From contig ACYB01000019.1 in assembly GCA_000175855.1 (NCBI GenBank), positions 54,084-86,083 of the forward strand: 32,000 nt of DNA. Direction: 5' to 3'. The DNA is from Raphidiopsis brookii D9. Its GTDB lineage: Bacteria > Cyanobacteriota > Cyanobacteriia > Cyanobacteriales > Nostocaceae. Below the pieces are notes generated by a model. That model was not told the origin of the DNA and did not search any database. It was given only the letters and a program-made list of their open reading frames with translations. Position 1 is the first letter of the stretch; each line of letters starts with the position of its first letter. A program made the position numbers and the translations under genes. Positions 28,408-32,000 of the stretch are shown one piece after another.

Positions 28408-30521
28408 TATGCTTCCTCATCCTCATACACCAAACCTTGCCAACTAAATTGTCCGTAACGTCCTTCTTTGGCTTTGTCAAAAGCCTTAATCAATGGTTGG
28501 TCATTGATTTTATCGATAATTTCCTTCATTTCTTGCAGTTGTTGATGTGCTTCATCAACCATCACACCCCGTAATTTTGGCAATAATTTTTGTCCAAACT
28601 GATCCGCAAGAGCAAATTTAAAGGACTCGGAATCAATACCATTAACTTCTGGATAGTTAACAACATATTGAGCAATAGCTTGATATACACGATGGGCGAA
28701 GGGATGTCCCATTTTTTCCATGACTTTATTGGCTTCATTCAGGTAAGATTCGACCTCTTTAACCACATCCGATTCAGGAACTGGAGTTCTCACCCAGTTT
28801 TGAAAATCAGAATAGGTTACGTAACTGGAATCCCGATTATTAACCAGATTATCAGAATGTTGATTAACAGTTATTTGTTGACCCGATCTTTGACGCAATT
28901 TTAAATTTTGGGGTCTACCAAAAGTTAAAACATTTGCTTTATCCAAGACCTTATCTGACAAGGTTTGTGTAGTTTCATCCTCATTCATGGTTCCCACAAA
29001 TAAAAAGGCTTTAGGAATTTCTAACCGCCGTTCGCTTTCAGCAATTGGCAGACTACCAACATCGATTTCTAAATAGGTGGCATGATTGCGACGACTTTCT
29101 AATTTAGACAAGAACTCACTGAAATAATATTCTACCCTAGCCAAGTTCATTTCATCCAGTAATACTATAACTATTCTATTACTCATTTCTGGATCTTTAT
29201 ACTGATAGAGTCCTCTCATTAATTGGGTGGGTTTAAATTTCTTTTCCAGATAGTTATAAAACCCCTGTAAATCTTGAGGAGAATCCCAGCGTGGTTGTAC
29301 AGCTAATGTGAGTAATTGGGCTCCAATATAATTGGCGTATCTTTGGGGAAGTTCACTTTTACCGGTACCACTAATACCCGCTAAAATCACTAGAGCAGAA
29401 ATATCTTGTACCTTTAAAGATGTATGAAAAGCCTTAATTGTTCGGCTTGAAAAACTTAATCCTTCACTCCTGAGACTGGTAATAAAGTTTTGTATAAACT
29501 GGGTTTCTCCTTCTAGTTGTCTAACTTGTCTAGGTAAGTTGGTCCATAATTTCTCCCGTAAAGGTTCTAGGGCAACTCTACCACTATTTTCTATCTCTCT
29601 AATTTCTCCTCTGAGGTTGGCAATTGTTGTCTCAATCTCCAGTTTTGTTTGCTGTAAGTTATCAGTTTCAGTTTGTAGGTTATGATTCCTAGTTTGTAAA
29701 TTATTTCCTTCGTTTTCCAATTCTCTTAATCTTGATTCTTGATCTCTAATGGTTAGTGTTAAGCTACGGTATTGTTCTCTTAATTCTATCAGTTTTTGAT
29801 AGTTATTTTGATTTTCCTCAATAGTTTGTAAAATCCGCTGTTTCTCTAATTCTAATCTGTCTATTTCAGGGTTTAGTTGACTCACTTTTGCTTCATAATC
29901 TTGTTTTTGACTAAGAATTGCATCATAGGTAAAACGTAATAGTTCTAATTCAGCAGCACGTTGTTCCAATTCCTGAGACTGATTTGTTAGTTCTTGAACC
30001 CGTGCATTTAACCTATTTAAATCAGCTTTTTGAGAAACTATTTGTGACTCAACCGAATTAAGTTGTAATCTTTTAGAGTCTAAAGATTCGACTTGAGAGT
30101 TGAGTTGTGTAATTCTTGCTTCTAAATTGTTTCTATCAATTGTAGATTCTTCAATACTAGTACGCAGTGACCTTAAGTCAGCTTTAGATGCTTCAATTCT
30201 TCGTCCGAGTTCTTCCAATTCAGACAAATTGGGATTTTCCTGATTAATTACACGAATACAATTTTCCAGTTTTTGTTTTTCTTGTGTCAGAGTGGCGATC
30301 GTTTTATTGAGTTTTTTTTCCTCCAACTTACTGACAACAGAAGCTCCCATGATTGCTCCTGTGGTAATTCCCAATACTCCCACTCCAATTCTTCCAGTAA
30401 TACCACCCACACCAGCGATACTAATTCCAAATATAATACCACAGCTAAGCCCACCAACTATCATCCAATCTTTCATATTAATCAATACCTTTTTGAATGT
30501 AAAAGTAACTGTTTGTAGCAA
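28407..30521 (-). CDS. Membrane-anchored, coiled-coil McrB-like AAA+ NTPase
   Basis: Gly-rich hydrophobic N-terminus 'MIVGGLSCGIIFGISIAGVGGITGRIGVGVLGITTGAIMGASVV'-type stretch; about 300 aa coiled coil; Walker A 'LAGISGTGKSELP', Walker B 'IVIVLLDEMNLARVEYYFSEFLSKLE', 'FLFVGTMNEDETTQTLSDKVLDKANVL' (McrB-like sensor/MN(x)xD region). Confidence 0.87.
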   Translation of the reverse strand: MLQTVTFTFKKVLINMKDWMIVGGLSCGIIFGISIAGVGGITGRIGVGVLGITTGAIMGASVVSKLEEKKLNKTIATLTQEKQKLENCIRVINQENPNLSELEELGRRIEASKADLRSLRTSIEESTIDRNNLEARITQLNSQVESLDSKRLQLNSVESQIVSQKADLNRLNARVQELTNQSQELEQRAAELELLRFTYDAILSQKQDYEAKVSQLNPEIDRLELEKQRILQTIEENQNNYQKLIELREQYRSLTLTIRDQESRLRELENEGNNLQTRNHNLQTETDNLQQTKLEIETTIANLRGEIREIENSGRVALEPLREKLWTNLPRQVRQLEGETQFIQNFITSLRSEGLSFSSRTIKAFHTSLKVQDISALVILAGISGTGKSELPQRYANYIGAQLLTLAVQPRWDSPQDLQGFYNYLEKKFKPTQLMRGLYQYKDPEMSNRIVIVLLDEMNLARVEYYFSEFLSKLESRRNHATYLEIDVGSLPIAESERRLEIPKAFLFVGTMNEDETTQTLSDKVLDKANVLTFGRPQNLKLRQRSGQQITVNQHSDNLVNNRDSSYVTYSDFQNWVRTPVPESDVVKEVESYLNEANKVMEKMGHPFAHRVYQAIAQYVVNYPEVNGIDSESFKFALADQFGQKLLPKLRGVMVDEAHQQLQEMKEIIDKINDQPLIKAFDKAKEGRYGQFSWQGLVYEDEEA
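29967..30183. repeat. Dispersed copy of the same 228-bp coiled-coil repeat, inside the McrB-like gene
   Basis: 'caattcctgagactgatttgttagttcttgaacccgtgcatttaacctatttaaatcagc...cagtgaccttaagtca' closely matches the 31691-31906 unit. Confidence 0.85.
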
Positions 30522-30909
30522 TAAGACTATTTCAGTATAGGACGGGTCTAACGCACTCCTGTTGTATTGTTTTTACAAGATTCTGAGGAATCTGACAATG
30601 AGGGTAATATAAATAACTACAAAACACTCCCGCATCTATCAAAAGATAGATATTTAGGAAATTTTAAGGTAATATCTGAGTCAAGACTCGTTAAGACCTC
30701 CAGCAATAGGGATTGCTGGTGGTTTGGTCACTTCTACCATCCTTCAGTTTTTCTACCGGTGTTCTATGCTATTCTGGAGGGTTACTCCCCCAGAAACTTT
30801 CGCTGACATCAATTGTGAATAATTGGATAATTTGAGTTGTTGTAGAATGACATGTTGTACAATGGGTAACTATCAAAAATTTTACCTACAATAAGGAACC
30901 CCGGGAATT

Positions 30910-31073
30910 ATGGCGCGTCTAGCATTGCTGAGTGTATCAAACAAAACAAATATAATTAATCTGGCTCGAACCCTAGTAGAAGAATTTGATTTTGATATCA
31001 TCAGTAGTGGAGGAACTGCTAAAACCCTCAAAAATCCTGGGATACCTGTAAATGGCAGGTTGTTACTAAAGTT
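30910..31073 (+). pseudogene. purH: Truncated 5' end of purH (AICAR formyltransferase/IMP cyclohydrolase)
   Basis: '[47 protein letters not shown]' is the canonical PurH start; after 31050 the match is lost, with 'GTT ACT AAA GTT' (VTKV) resuming out of frame at 31062-31073. Confidence 0.85.
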
Positions 31074-31078
31074 AAACC

Positions 31079-31360
31079 TACTCCAGATTGACGAGTTCCC
31101 ATGACCTCTCCTGGACCGCGAAAGCGCATATCCATTTCAGAAATAAAAAACCCATCTTGTGACTGCTCTAAAACCTTCAATCGTTGTTGAGCATCCGGGT
31201 TTCTGGAACTACTCATTAAGAGAAAATAGGACTGGGCCATACCTCTACCTACGCGCCCCCGTAGTTGGTGTAACTGGGATAGTCCAAATCTCTCCGCATG
31301 TTCAATTAACATAACAGTAGCATTAGGTACGTCTACCCCTACTTCTACCACAGTAGCTGA
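31079..31360 (-). pseudogene. recG: Internal fragment of recG
   Basis: '[94 protein letters not shown]' is RecG helicase motif V/VI region; both ends lack further RecG sequence. Confidence 0.88.
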
Positions 31361-32000
31361 TTATTTGCAGAATAATTCTATCATTTTGAAAAGGTCTTCC
31401 AATTCAGGTAAATTGGGATTTTGTTGATTAATGACAAGAACGCGATGTTCCAATTCCAGGGACTGATTTGTTAATTCCTGAACCCGTGCGTCTAACCTAT
31501 TTAAATCAACTTGTTGAGAAACTATTTGCGACTCAATCGAATTAAGTTCTAAGCTTTTAGAGTCTCTTCTGGATTCTAAAGATTCAACTTGAGAGTTGAG
31601 TTGTGTAATTCTTGCTTCTAAATTGTTTCTATCAATGGTAGATTCTTCAATACTAGTACGCAGTGACCTTAAGTCAGCAGCACGTTGTTCTAATTCCTGA
31701 GACTGATTTGTTAGTTCTTCAATCCGCGCGTCTAACCTATTTAAATCAGCTTGTTGAGAAACTATTTGCGACTCAACCGAATTAAGTTCTAATCTTTTAG
31801 AGTCTAAAGATTCAACTTGAGAGTTGAGTTGTGTAATTCTTGCTTCTAAATTGTTTCTATCAATTGTAGATTCTTCAATACTAGTACGCAGTGACCTTAA
31901 GTCAGCAGCACATTGTTCTAATTCCTGAGACTGATTTGTTAGTTCTTCAATCCGCGCGCCTAACCTATTTAAATCAGCTTGTTGAGAAACTATTTGCAGC
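31361..32000 (-). CDS. C-terminal end of a coiled-coil repeat protein (5' end beyond window), paralogous to the coiled coil of the 28407-30521 AAA+ protein
   Basis: Minus frame open from 32000 to TAA at 31361-31363: 'LQIVSQQADLNRLGARIEELTNQSQELEQCAADLRSLRTSIEESTIDRNNLEARITQLNSQVESLDSKRLELNSVESQ...VINQQNPNLPELEDLFKMIELFCK*'. Not in the supplied ORF track because it has no start in the window. Confidence 0.75.
   Translation of the reverse strand, partial: LQIVSQQADLNRLGARIEELTNQSQELEQCAADLRSLRTSIEESTIDRNNLEARITQLNSQVESLDSKRLELNSVESQIVSQQADLNRLDARIEELTNQSQELEQRAADLRSLRTSIEESTIDRNNLEARITQLNSQVESLESRRDSKSLELNSIESQIVSQQVDLNRLDARVQELTNQSLELEHRVLVINQQNPNLPELEDLFKMIELFCK
31451..32000. repeat. Tandem repeat, about 228-bp unit (76 codons), about 2.4 copies visible and continuing past the right edge
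   Basis: The '(c/t)aattcc..gactgatttgtta' landmark recurs at 31451, 31691 and 31919 (spacing 240 and 228; the first copy has a 12-nt insertion ctcttctggatt). Confidence 0.85.

Noticed and set aside
27866-30540. Plus-strand ORFs 27866-28135, 28590-28904, 30273-30518 and 30292-30540
   Set aside because: Antisense to the DUF2357-like and McrB-like coding sequences, with low-complexity composition; not supported as separate genes.
30700-30719. Hairpin CCAGCAAT-AGGG-ATTGCTGG in the intergenic region
   Set aside because: Only an 8-bp stem without a T-tract or neighbouring matching copies; kept as a possible structure but not called as a terminator or ncRNA.
30567-30806. 79-aa ORF in the intergenic region between cassette and purH fragment
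   Set aside because: No motif and likely chance ORF in rearranged DNA.
31451-32000. CRISPR array as an explanation for the right-edge repeats
   Set aside because: Repeats are contiguous 228-bp coding units with no spacers; no CRISPR-like short repeats or cas genes seen in the window.

Overview
Cyanobacterial chromosomal window (HIP1 palindromes GCGATCGC present; murA, clpC, recF and other housekeeping genes). From 1 to about 20.6 kb it is mostly ordinary: murA 5' end, tRNA-Leu(CAG), an SpoU-type methyltransferase, an SNase-like protein, an Mla-type ATPase/MCE pair, a DUF3288 protein, clpC, a GT39/PMT protein, an aldo/keto reductase, a DUF4336 protein, a LapA-like protein, phosphoglucomutase, a transglutaminase-like protein, a P-type ATPase and recF. 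clpC is interrupted by an apparent 1-nt homopolymer deletion. From 20.7 to 30.5 kb lies a co-directional minus-strand cassette that looks like an McrBC-related defence island. In transcription order it encodes: a membrane-anchored coiled-coil McrB-like AAA+ NTPase; a DUF2357/McrC-like partner broken into frames; a divergent SF1 (Upf1/Dna2-like) helicase broken into two frames; a 183-aa protein; a two-HKD phospholipase-D-like protein; and an 806-aa protein of unknown function. It is followed (30.9-32.0 kb) by gene rubble: a truncated purH 5' end, an internal recG fragment, and an open minus-strand ORF. That ORF carries 228-bp (76-aa) tandem coiled-coil repeats closely matching the coiled coil of the AAA+ protein. 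All calls are from reading the sequence only; no database searches were run.
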